Part shown: one piece after another, positions 36,473 through 44,742 of the stretch | How the letters are laid out: each line of letters opens with the position of its first letter | Position numbering within the stretch: the stretch's first letter is position 1 | Source of the DNA: Candidatus Nomurabacteria bacterium | Lineage (GTDB): Bacteria > Patescibacteriota > Saccharimonadia > Saccharimonadales > HK-STAS-PATE-42 | Assembly (NCBI GenBank): GCA_023898665.1 | Contig: CP060233.1 | Span: 484,368 to 548,367, forward strand | Length of the DNA: 64,000 bases | Reading direction: 5' to 3' | Notes under the pieces: generated by a model | Seen by the model: only the letters and a program-made list of their open reading frames with translations | Databases searched by the model: none | What the model was told of the DNA's origin: nothing | Made by a program: the position numbers and the translations under genes

Positions 36473-36483
36473 CAAGCTTAAGC
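36473..36483 (-). promoter_or_regulatory. CAAGCTTAAGC motif copy 6
   Basis: Exact 11-mer. Minus-strand GGCTTAAGCTTGTCA, 36 nt upstream of the ATG at 36436. Confidence 0.55.
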
Positions 36484-36509
36484 CTTATATTCAAACGTTT
36501 TTAATACAC

Positions 36510-36531
36510 TGGTCATGGAACGCGGTCGCGG
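36510..36531 (-). repeat. tRNA 3'-end-like remnant (...GCGTTCCATGACCA on the minus strand)
   Basis: It ends in ACCA 26 nt before the motif. The spacer ACGTTTGAATAT resembles ACGTTTAAGATT downstream of the intact tRNA-Met. Confidence 0.4.
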
Positions 36532-36727
36532 TCTGAGGTGTCCATTCGCTATAAGAGTTTACGGTCGAGTTAGAACCAAGTTTATCAGAGTTTGGAGAGA
36601 TAAAAACTGTACGTGAATACGGTTCGAACCTAATGTAAAGATAGGCAAAAGGATTCGAACTTAATTAACAGATCAGAGGTAAAACAAAACCCGATCATGG
36701 AACCGGGTCTACCTCTGTTACGAATTT

Positions 36728-36785
36728 TTGGCTGAGCATAGTGGTCTGAAACCTGTTACAGGGGTAAATGAGACAAATGAGACAC
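36728..36785 (+). repeat. ~57-nt degenerate direct repeat, right copy (TTGGCTGAGC family copy 4)
   Basis: ttggctgagcatagtggtctgaaacctgttacaggggtaaatgagacaaatgagacac. See the left copy at 24733..24790. Confidence 0.5.
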
Positions 36786-36812
36786 GAAACGGCTATATTT
36801 AGAGTGTCTCAT
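36777..36812. repeat. inverted repeat ATGAGACAC-N18-GTGTCTCAT
   Basis: 9-bp perfect arms. The left arm is part of the right direct-repeat copy. Confidence 0.7.
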
Positions 36813-36939
36813 AATTAAGGCAGTAGCTAGGTGGTATTTTGAGAAATATCGTCTCGAATTAAATTTACCAGGATACATAATTGCTTTAGTTTCAACTTTC
36901 TAGTTGACCAATCACTTGATAGTGGACACTAGAGTCGAG

Positions 36940-37359
36940 TTAATGTATATCGGGGTTGTTTTCTTGATCTTCTAACAAAAATCCCCATTCACTATACCAA
37001 CTCTTGAGCTGGTTAATATTGTCTATTTGGGTCTCTCTGGTGGAATCTGCAAATGCCTTAACTTCTTTCTTGTCAGCCTGTTCGGATGCGAAACTAGCCA
37101 TTGTTATAGCGTCTTGGCTACTACCCATCATTAGGGTGATAAACTCCTTGTCGAACTCCTTGCCTTGCTTTGAACGTAGTACTTTCATGTTTTCTGCAAA
37201 GGTTTTGACTTGATCAGAACCGTCACTATTAGTTTCTACTAGCTCAGCCTTATCCGTAGCAGCACTGTTAGATTTATCGACTACTCTTGTCCCAACAACA
37301 CCTACTCCAATACCTAGAACTAAACTCACAATTACTAGAACTATTAATTTAAATTTCAA
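36940..37359 (-). CDS. DUF305-like lipoprotein or secreted protein (His ligands partly replaced)
   Basis: 139 aa with an N-terminal TM or signal sequence. FDKEFITLMMGSSQDAITMA...QIDNINQLKSWYSEWGF parallels the D..F...M..HH..A..MA...Q..EI..M..W pattern. Confidence 0.55.
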   Translation of the reverse strand: MKFKLIVLVIVSLVLGIGVGVVGTRVVDKSNSAATDKAELVETNSDGSDQVKTFAENMKVLRSKQGKEFDKEFITLMMGSSQDAITMASFASEQADKKEVKAFADSTRETQIDNINQLKSWYSEWGFLLEDQENNPDIH

Positions 37360-37400
37360 AATAATCTCCTTATTGGCTGGAATTCATAGCTTAGTGAATA

Positions 37401-38189
37401 TTAACGAGCATATTTTACCGCATTCTGATTATCATTTAACCATAGTGCTCCTGGATTCAGCATGTCGACATCGTACTTATCGCCTGTAGACTTTAAATTG
37501 TACGGATCGAGAAGAGATTTCCCATTGACGTCATAATGAAATACCTCGAAGTGTAGATGGGGCTCATCCCAAGATGGATATGTTCTTGGATCTGGTCGGG
37601 AATCAGGTGTTTCATCGTAACCCCAAGATAGTCCAGAGTCACCTACATAACCTAGAAGGTCTCCTTTTTGGATAGTAGTCCCTTTAGATAACTGTTGTTT
37701 ATCGCGAAGCTGAGTTAGTGGGGTATTCCACTTCTTACCATCTTTTTCAGGTGTAATGTATGTGATATTTCCGGCAGTATTTTCGAAATGACTGTACAGT
37801 GTAAACGTATCAGTCTCTGGATCCCAGAGTTGCACAAATCTTCCGTAGCCCAGACCCACAATTTTACCTTTCCATTCACCGCTTGTTTCGTATTGGTACG
37901 AAGAGAAGGCAATACCGTCTGTTGCCGCATAGACTGGTGTGCCGCGATTTGCTGCAATATCAACTGCACCATGGAGTTGCTTCCCATGTATTTTTTGTTC
38001 GTCGTCTGAGTATATCCATCCCTCTGTGACTTCTATCTGTGCCCCTTGAGCGAATGGAAGACTCAGCATAGGTTTGTGAGCAGATAGAGCATCGTGCTGT
38101 CTCTGGTATATTAACAGACCAGTTACTGTAGATATACTCAGAATAAAGGCTATTAGCCAAAATTTGGTTTTCCTTATCCTTTTACGCAA
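37401..38189 (-). CDS. M23-family metallopeptidase
   Basis: 262 aa with a signal anchor, HGAVDIAANRGTPVYAATDG, GDSGLSWG, and PHLHFEVF. Confidence 0.8.
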   Translation of the reverse strand: MRKRIRKTKFWLIAFILSISTVTGLLIYQRQHDALSAHKPMLSLPFAQGAQIEVTEGWIYSDDEQKIHGKQLHGAVDIAANRGTPVYAATDGIAFSSYQYETSGEWKGKIVGLGYGRFVQLWDPETDTFTLYSHFENTAGNITYITPEKDGKKWNTPLTQLRDKQQLSKGTTIQKGDLLGYVGDSGLSWGYDETPDSRPDPRTYPSWDEPHLHFEVFHYDVNGKSLLDPYNLKSTGDKYDVDMLNPGALWLNDNQNAVKYAR

Positions 38190-38192
38190 AAT

Positions 38193-38717
38193 TTAACTTG
38201 CTCTCGGTTCCGGGCTTTTACCAATATTATTGGTGTAGTACGTGATAATTTGTTGTTCATCGTACTTATCAAGCTCTTGTGTTCTCCTCCACGAGGCAAG
38301 GAGAATGGGCGACTCTTGTCCACTTCTTGGCATTAGTATGACTTTAGTGGGCAAAAAGTTCTTATTACTAAAGGGCTTAGATAACAGTGCAGTCAGTTTT
38401 TCTACAGTTGCCTTATCGGCATCAGGCCTGTAGCTCACTACAACGCCACCATGCTCCATATTATGCACTATGGCCTCATCGGGTAGCTCGGTAGGAGAAA
38501 CGCCCCAAGCAGCTGGCTGAACGCTATGGGTACCTGATGTAGGTACTGTATTTTTGTAAGATACAATTTTACCAGTAGAGACATGCTCACGCCCTTCGTC
38601 ACTCTGTGCTGTACCTGGTCGTGGCTCGGTGCTGCCTTGAGATGACGTAAAGACATAGAGGGCAACAAAACCACCCAGCACCATCACTAAAATAATTATA
38701 AATCTAAGATTTTTCAT
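38193..38717 (-). CDS. DUF3105-like secreted protein
   Basis: 174 aa with an N-terminal TM helix. YKNTVPTSGTHSVQPAAWGV...IVHNMEHGGVVVSYRPD matches the family from memory. Confidence 0.6.
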   Translation of the reverse strand: MKNLRFIIILVMVLGGFVALYVFTSSQGSTEPRPGTAQSDEGREHVSTGKIVSYKNTVPTSGTHSVQPAAWGVSPTELPDEAIVHNMEHGGVVVSYRPDADKATVEKLTALLSKPFSNKNFLPTKVILMPRSGQESPILLASWRRTQELDKYDEQQIITYYTNNIGKSPEPRAS

Positions 38718-38741
38718 GTATTCCTCTAATTAATTGCTATG

Positions 38742-39875
38742 TTAAAAGTAGATGTAGGTGTAGCCACTACTAGAAATTATTCGTTCGGTGTAACGGCCAT
38801 CAACGTTAAAGTTATACTCACTTACTCGCATTCTGCCACCGCTTAACACTTCTTCCACCCACATGGAATGTCCATACGGACCTGCATACGATATAGCAAC
38901 CGACTGTGCACGAGGTACTGAGCCTGTAGAGATTCCGAAACTCTGAGCTGTTGAAGGCCACTCCTTGGCATTACCTCGTCCACCAAAGTAAGGCATTCTT
39001 TTACCAGATTGATATACTTTCCATGCCGTATAGCTTACACACTCTCTGTTATATAGCCCCCAGCTATCGACTAGTGAGTCCTGTGCTGCGTATGCCCATT
39101 TATCTGGGTACCCACCGCCACTTTGACCAGATGAAATAGTTTGTCCACCGCCACCACCGCCTGAAGACCTCTGATTAGCAGCTAACTGTTGCGCTCGTAA
39201 ACTGGCTATTTTGCTAGTTTTACTATTAACTGCTGCATCAAATGCAGATTTCTGTTGATTGGTTTGTGCCAGCTTAACATTAGCTTCACCTTGCTTTTGT
39301 GACAACGCCCCACTTAGAGACTTTTGTTCAGTTAAAATTCTAACCACTTCTTTCTCTTGTTCGCCTAGCTGTTTCTTTAGCCGCTCAATATCGTCCACTG
39401 TGTCAGAGATATTTTCTTTGATACGATCACGATATTCTTGTTTATCGACGAAATCACCAAGATTTTTACTTGAGGCTATCATCTCAAGTGGAGAAATATC
39501 GCCTTCGATATACATTGATCGAATATTAGCCGACAACAGATCTTTTTGCTCAACTAGCTTTAGCTGAGCAACATCAATCTCTTCGTTTAACTTGGCTTTT
39601 TTGCTAGTATTGCTGTCGATTTGTACCTGTATAGAAGCAATCTGGTTCTGTAGATCCGAAATTGTGTCTTGAATGCCGTCTGCCTGAGTGCCAAGTTGGT
39701 TTGAATTTGTTTCGTCGTTTGATCTTTGAGATTCAAGAGCTTTGATTTTAGCATCTATTGACTGCGCTCTGGCTAGTAGAGGTGTCGAAACGTTACTTAC
39801 AATCAAAATGATTGCTGCACACTTAAAAGTCGAGGCTTTGAGACGCTGTACTGATGACACGTTCGTATTTTTCAT
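38742..39875 (-). CDS. PcsB-like secreted coiled-coil protein with C-terminal CHAP amidase/peptidase domain
   Basis: The track ORF runs to 39938. I prefer the ATG at 39875 (MKNTNVSS, AAAGGAG Shine-Dalgarno, signal peptide). Long coiled coil, Gly linker, and a CHAP core (NRECVSYTAWKV...GHSMWVEEV). Confidence 0.75.
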   Translation of the reverse strand: MKNTNVSSVQRLKASTFKCAAIILIVSNVSTPLLARAQSIDAKIKALESQRSNDETNSNQLGTQADGIQDTISDLQNQIASIQVQIDSNTSKKAKLNEEIDVAQLKLVEQKDLLSANIRSMYIEGDISPLEMIASSKNLGDFVDKQEYRDRIKENISDTVDDIERLKKQLGEQEKEVVRILTEQKSLSGALSQKQGEANVKLAQTNQQKSAFDAAVNSKTSKIASLRAQQLAANQRSSGGGGGGQTISSGQSGGGYPDKWAYAAQDSLVDSWGLYNRECVSYTAWKVYQSGKRMPYFGGRGNAKEWPSTAQSFGISTGSVPRAQSVAISYAGPYGHSMWVEEVLSGGRMRVSEYNFNVDGRYTERIISSSGYTYIYF

Positions 39876-39897
39876 GACTCTCCTTTGTTGTTTTGTT

Positions 39898-40578
39898 TTA
39901 ATTTTTTGGGGTGTGAGGATTGTTTGAATTTTCTTCAAGAGAGTAGTTCCAAGCTGCTGCCCAATCAGTCATATCTATAATCTCTTTGGTTTGTGCAGTA
40001 ATAATTCTGTTGGCAAAGTCTTTTATCTCTACATGCTTAGCATTAGTCAGTGCAAGCTGTGCCATCTCAAGTGCACCACTGTGATGGATACTCATATCAG
40101 TTATAAACTGCTTATCTAGATCGTCGCCCTTCTTACCTTTGAGTGGAGCACTCATGGCATCTAGTGCTTGCTGAGACGGCTCTGTGAAGGTGTAGCCCCA
40201 TTGTTTTGCCCATTGTCTCATCTGGTCGATCTCTTTTTGTTGATCGGCTTTAATCGCAACCCCTAGTCTGCGTAACTCTTGGTGCTTAGCATCTGAAACG
40301 ACATAGCCAGCCATGTCGACTGCCCCGGCGTGATGTTCTGTCATAAGACTTAAGAACTTCTCATCAAAAGCATCGCCCTTTAACATTTCAAGCTCGGCAT
40401 TCATACTGTTCATACTGTGATCCATACCAGCCATTGCATTGGTATCGTTGACGGGTGACTGTGAGGCTACGGACTGTTTATCTGTGTTTCTACTTTGGTA
40501 GTAAACGTATAATCCACAAATTGTCATCGTTACAGCTACCGCAGCTAAAATTAAACCGATTGTTTTACTTTTCTTCAT
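39898..40578 (-). CDS. DUF305 protein (two repeats), copper-associated family
   Basis: 226 aa with DEKFLSLMTEHHAGAVDMA and DKQFITDMSIHHSGALEMA. Confidence 0.75.
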   Translation of the reverse strand: MKKSKTIGLILAAVAVTMTICGLYVYYQSRNTDKQSVASQSPVNDTNAMAGMDHSMNSMNAELEMLKGDAFDEKFLSLMTEHHAGAVDMAGYVVSDAKHQELRRLGVAIKADQQKEIDQMRQWAKQWGYTFTEPSQQALDAMSAPLKGKKGDDLDKQFITDMSIHHSGALEMAQLALTNAKHVEIKDFANRIITAQTKEIIDMTDWAAAWNYSLEENSNNPHTPKN

Positions 40579-40628
40579 ACTACTAAACCTACTACTTTTA
40601 AGTTAATAAAATGCGAGTAGAAGACTGT

Positions 40629-41000
40629 TTAAATTCGATATAACGAGTACTGTTTATATATAGGTACTTTAGTGATGCGTCTTGCTTGTTTAAGTAAATC
40701 GGGCAATAAATACACAGAGTAAACTACTCCTATTAGCCCTACGATTACCAAAAACGGCGCGATTGGGTCCTTATCATCATTCTCGGTCTGATTAATGATT
40801 TGCTTTTCACTACTTAGAACAGGACACTGCTGTGAACAATCAATAACCGACGTGGCTGCGTGTGAGGGCATACTTGGTTGATGTGCTGAGTGAGTAGTCG
40901 AAACTAGTAATGGATTCACAAAGTGAAGCAAGCCAGTCAGTACGAGCGTAGTTGCTAATATTGCTTTTACATATTTTGTAATACTATTAATTTTTTGCAT
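40629..41000 (-). CDS. hypothetical membrane protein
   Basis: 123 aa with two TM helices and a His/Cys-containing loop. Confidence 0.5.
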   Translation of the reverse strand: MQKINSITKYVKAILATTLVLTGLLHFVNPLLVSTTHSAHQPSMPSHAATSVIDCSQQCPVLSSEKQIINQTENDDKDPIAPFLVIVGLIGVVYSVYLLPDLLKQARRITKVPIYKQYSLYRI

Positions 41001-41044
41001 AAGCTTTTATATTATATATCAAATAATCGGAGTATCAAATTTGT

Positions 41045-41518
41045 TTACTCAGTTACAACGATAGTACCTGTGTGTCCTTGTTGATTGTGATTATGGAAAC
41101 CCCAACCGCCTACCTTGTCAAATGTGAATTCAGTTTCATCCCCAGGAGCGGGTAAGGTGCCCAAAATCTGTCCCGTGTCGAACTCTGGATAATCGGTGTG
41201 AGCGGGGTGAGGGTTAGAGGCGACCCAATTTGGGACTTCGCTTGTCGTAGTAAATTTTACTGTCTGTCCTTTTTTGACCTGGAGCATCCTGGGCTGATAG
41301 CCATCCTCGCCATAGTTGATAGTAAGTATGCTATTTTCCTCAGTTTGACTAGGTTCTATAGCCGGTTCGGTGGATTGTGATACTACGTCTTCTTGTTGCC
41401 TAGTGCTTTGTGGCTTTGTATCATCCTGGCTCAGTACGAAATTCACTATAACTGCCCCGCTAATCAGAGTTACGAGCAAGGCTGATGTGCTCAACAAGAC
41501 CTTCTTTCTTTTACCCAT
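41045..41518 (-). CDS. membrane-anchored cupredoxin-like protein
   Basis: 157 aa. YQPRMLQVKKGQTVKFTTTS...NPHPAHTDYPEFD...FTFDKVGGWGFHNHNQQGHTGTIVV. Confidence 0.6.
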   Translation of the reverse strand: MGKRKKVLLSTSALLVTLISGAVIVNFVLSQDDTKPQSTRQQEDVVSQSTEPAIEPSQTEENSILTINYGEDGYQPRMLQVKKGQTVKFTTTSEVPNWVASNPHPAHTDYPEFDTGQILGTLPAPGDETEFTFDKVGGWGFHNHNQQGHTGTIVVTE

Positions 41519-41542
41519 ATCTACTCCTCGCTTATTTTATTA

Positions 41543-43681
41543 TTATAACTCAACACGTCGAAGTAACTGAGCATTAGCAGCTACTATTATAGTGGAGAGC
41601 GACATAAGAGCCGCGCCGATCGCTGGTGATAGTACGAATCCAACTGATGCAAATGCTCCCGCAGCTGCCGGGACTGCCAGCAAGTTATAACCCGTTGCCC
41701 AGATAAGATTTTGGACCATTTTAGTGTACGTTTTCTTTGAGAGCTTGACGATCTTGGCGACGCCCCTTGGATCACTGCTAGCCAGGACTATTCCGGCCGA
41801 TTCAATCGCAACATCAGTACCAGCCCCAATAGCAATGCCGATATCTGCCTGGGTTAGAGCAGGGGCGTCATTCACACCGTCGCCAACCATGGCTACTATC
41901 GATCCATCGGATTGAAGCTTCTTAACTATGTCAGCCTTGTTTCCTGGCAGAACCTCTGCATAATACTCATCTAGACCTAGTTCGCTCGAGACCCACTTTG
42001 CAACGCCTTCAGAGTCACCTGTAATCATAGCAACACGTTTACCAGATTTTTGTAGCTCCTCGACTGCTTTGCGAGACTCTTCTCGAATGACATCGGATAT
42101 AAGTAATGCCCCGAGAGTTTGGTTGTTTTCAACAAGATAAATTATGCTTTGACCGTTTTCGTTAGCCTCACTTGTTGCCTTAGCAAAAGATGCACTTAGC
42201 GTAACTCCTAGTTCTTTCAACAGTTGTGGGCCGCCCAAATACAGTACCTTATTCCCGATCTTAGCTTTTGCACCACGGCCCTCTAGTGCCGAGAAACCCG
42301 TCACTTTAGCTGGCTTGAGCTTACGCTCATTTGCAGCCGCTACGATTGCCCGAGCAATTGGATGCTCTGACTCTTGCTCAACTCCGCTGGCAAGTTCTAA
42401 GATACGCTTAGAATCAGCTCCAATAACTTGTGTCACACCTTGTTCGCCCTTGGTAAGAGTACCGGTTTTGTCAAACAATACCACGTCTATATTACGGGCT
42501 GATTCCAGTGCCATTCGTTGGCGTACGAGTAGACCAGCATTGGCACCTTTTGAGGTGGAGATAGCTGTCACTAGCGGAATTGCCAAGCCCAGTGCGTGAG
42601 GGCAGGCAATGATTAGTACAGCGACGATACGCTCCAGTGTATAGTTGGCGCTGACATCACCAAACACAGTCCACGCAAAACCTGTGATAAACGCGGCAAG
42701 TAGAGCATAGTAAAAGAGATATGACGCGGCCTTATCGGCTAGCAACTGAGTTTTTGATTTAGTAGCTTGTGCGTCAGCAACCATCTTCATGATCCCAGAT
42801 AGTGCAGTATCATCGCCAACCTTTGTGATTTTTATCGTCAGTGAGCCACTGCCATTAATTGTGCCACCAATAACTTGATCATTTTTAGATTTTTCAACTG
42901 GCTTAGATTCTCCCGTAAGCATTGATTCGTTAACTTTGGATTCGCCTTTAACAACCAGTCCATCCATAGGTATGCCTGCGCCAGGTCGAACTAAAACCTT
43001 ATCTCCAACTTTTAGTTCACTAATAGATACGGTTTTAGTGCCACTAGTGGTAATGAGTTCAGCCTCATCAGGCAGTAACTTAGCCAGTTCTTTTAAAGCG
43101 CCTTGGGCATTGCTGATCGAGGCCATCTCCAACCAATGTCCGAGTAGCATGATGGTTATTAAAGAGGCTAACTCCCACCAGAAACTCATGCCGTCGACGA
43201 TGCTTAGAGTAATCAAAGAGCTATAGACGAAGGCAACTGAAATTGCCATAGAGATAAGCGTCATCATGCCAGGCTGTCGATTAGCGATCTCAGCTTTAGC
43301 ACTTTTCAAGAAAACCAGGCCGCCATAGAAAAATATGGTGATGCCCAAAATGGCAGGAATATACTGACTACCTGTAAACGAAGGTGCTGTAAAACCAATT
43401 AAATCCTGAATAGTCTGAGAAAAATATAAGACGGGCAAGGTTAGTAGGAGAGAGACCCAAAACTTCTGCTTAAACATGTTCGGGTTGTGACCGGCGTGTT
43501 TATCATGGTCTCCATGTTCGTGGCCTGATTCAATAGTTCTTTTTTCGAGTGCCATGTGACAGGTTGGACAGGCTCCACGTTGATCTTCTACTACATCAGG
43601 GTGCATTGGACAAATGTAGACTATCTTCTTCGTATTGGTTTGGTGTTCGTGTTTCATATTATCCTCCGCAGGTTGATTCAC
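41543..43681 (-). CDS. copper-translocating P1B-type ATPase (CPH motif, His-rich N-terminus; CopB-like)
   Basis: 712 aa with an N-terminal YICPMHPDV...CPTCHMAL metal-binding module, HEHGDHDKHAGH, TGES, CPHALGLAIP, DKTGTLT, and GDGVNDAP. Confidence 0.9.
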   Translation of the reverse strand: MNQPAEDNMKHEHQTNTKKIVYICPMHPDVVEDQRGACPTCHMALEKRTIESGHEHGDHDKHAGHNPNMFKQKFWVSLLLTLPVLYFSQTIQDLIGFTAPSFTGSQYIPAILGITIFFYGGLVFLKSAKAEIANRQPGMMTLISMAISVAFVYSSLITLSIVDGMSFWWELASLITIMLLGHWLEMASISNAQGALKELAKLLPDEAELITTSGTKTVSISELKVGDKVLVRPGAGIPMDGLVVKGESKVNESMLTGESKPVEKSKNDQVIGGTINGSGSLTIKITKVGDDTALSGIMKMVADAQATKSKTQLLADKAASYLFYYALLAAFITGFAWTVFGDVSANYTLERIVAVLIIACPHALGLAIPLVTAISTSKGANAGLLVRQRMALESARNIDVVLFDKTGTLTKGEQGVTQVIGADSKRILELASGVEQESEHPIARAIVAAANERKLKPAKVTGFSALEGRGAKAKIGNKVLYLGGPQLLKELGVTLSASFAKATSEANENGQSIIYLVENNQTLGALLISDVIREESRKAVEELQKSGKRVAMITGDSEGVAKWVSSELGLDEYYAEVLPGNKADIVKKLQSDGSIVAMVGDGVNDAPALTQADIGIAIGAGTDVAIESAGIVLASSDPRGVAKIVKLSKKTYTKMVQNLIWATGYNLLAVPAAAGAFASVGFVLSPAIGAALMSLSTIIVAANAQLLRRVEL

Positions 43682-44462
43682 TAAGTGGTACTAAATTATT
43701 GAATCGGTCTATAATTTGCTGCTCAGTTGGCTCACTTTTTTGTACAAAAATAACTACATTCCCTATAAGGTTGTTAATCGTGGATAGCTCTTCGTCAGTC
43801 TTTGTAGATTCCGGAGACATGTTACTGTTCTGCTTAGCTTCACCGTGTGCATACGCCTTCTTGAAGAATAAATCACTGATACTGAAGTTGGATGACTCAG
43901 TGCTAGTAGTAATCCTACTCTCCTTACTGAAGAAGTCTTCCATATTCGAGTTTAAAAATTCATTCCAATCCCTCTTTTGGTAGTTATCTGCATCGCCAGT
44001 GTATATGTAGAAGTTAGAATCTTCAGGTATAGATGGCAATAAGTTGCCATGTCTTTTAACGGTCTGCATGTTCATCATGCCCATATCGTAACGCCTGCCG
44101 ATCACATCATCGCTTCCACCTGTAAGATTCCAGCCGTAATACTTCAAGAACTGACCACCTGTCAGATTTTTCCAGTGCACGTGGGTCATCTGACCCATTC
44201 CATCGTGAAAGTCTACGGGTTCCGCTGGTATCTCCGCGCTACAAGAAGTGTCATCATAGGATTCTTGAAATTCTTTGTTTGTAAAGTCCACAGCCTGATC
44301 ATCGACAATTATTTGCGTACGCATGTGATAATGCTCATATTTTGGATTTCTAATATTAGATGGAGAAGTGGCGTATAAGTAGCCGTAGATACAGGACGCA
44401 ATGAATAAAACTCCAAATAATATACTCAACCCAATCAGATACTTTTTAGTCAGGCTCTTCAT
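43659..44462 (-). CDS. hypothetical membrane-anchored protein
   Basis: 267 aa with an N-terminal TM helix and a His-rich central segment (DFHDGMGQMTHVHW). Overlaps the ATPase start by 23 nt. Confidence 0.5.
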   Translation of the reverse strand: MKSLTKKYLIGLSILFGVLFIASCIYGYLYATSPSNIRNPKYEHYHMRTQIIVDDQAVDFTNKEFQESYDDTSCSAEIPAEPVDFHDGMGQMTHVHWKNLTGGQFLKYYGWNLTGGSDDVIGRRYDMGMMNMQTVKRHGNLLPSIPEDSNFYIYTGDADNYQKRDWNEFLNSNMEDFFSKESRITTSTESSNFSISDLFFKKAYAHGEAKQNSNMSPESTKTDEELSTINNLIGNVVIFVQKSEPTEQQIIDRFNNLVPLSESTCGG

Positions 44463-44725
44463 TACTTCACCTCGTTACTAAATAGCTGCAAACTCCAACC
44501 AAGAATATACCCTGTTAGCCACGCAGAGGCGACAATAGTAGCACCACCAAGCGCAAAGCTCCCGAAAGTAATGTTGTAACCAGATAGCTCCATGCCGTGC
44601 ACCCACCACTGAGTCACATCTCTTGAAAAGTCAGGAAGTAGTGCAACGATCCCCGAACACAAAACCCACAGTATACCCGTAGTTAATGCAAATGATTTGC
44701 TTAGACTTTGTTTTGTTAATTTCAT
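44462..44725 (-). CDS. small membrane protein (DUF5676-like, from memory)
   Basis: 87 aa with two TM helices. Its stop overlaps the next start by 1 nt. Confidence 0.5.
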   Translation of the reverse strand: MKLTKQSLSKSFALTTGILWVLCSGIVALLPDFSRDVTQWWVHGMELSGYNITFGSFALGGATIVASAWLTGYILGWSLQLFSNEVK

Positions 44726-44742
44726 GAGGAGACTCCTTCGTG

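Larger units (their letters stand above)
24733..36812. mobile_element. candidate ~12-kb integrated or mosaic element bracketed by a degenerate ~57-nt direct repeat
   Basis: Contains a large serine recombinase, a ParB-MTase/HTH phage-type module, an R-x4-H cargo gene, GC-richer orphan ORFs, and a truncated DUF952-like gene near the left repeat. Confidence 0.35.

Noticed and set aside
36480-36940. An intact tRNA gene in the 460-bp non-coding gap (ggttcgaacc, ggattcgaac and ...ACCA fragments)
   Set aside because: None of the T-loop-like fragments has complementary T-stems or an acceptor stem. I could not fold a cloverleaf on either strand, so they are treated as remnants.
39876-39938. The longer start (MKKIQTILTPQK...) of the CHAP-domain gene, overlapping the DUF305 gene
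   Set aside because: The ATG at 39875 has a strong AAAGGAG Shine-Dalgarno and yields a normal signal peptide. The longer form overlaps the upstream gene by 41 nt.
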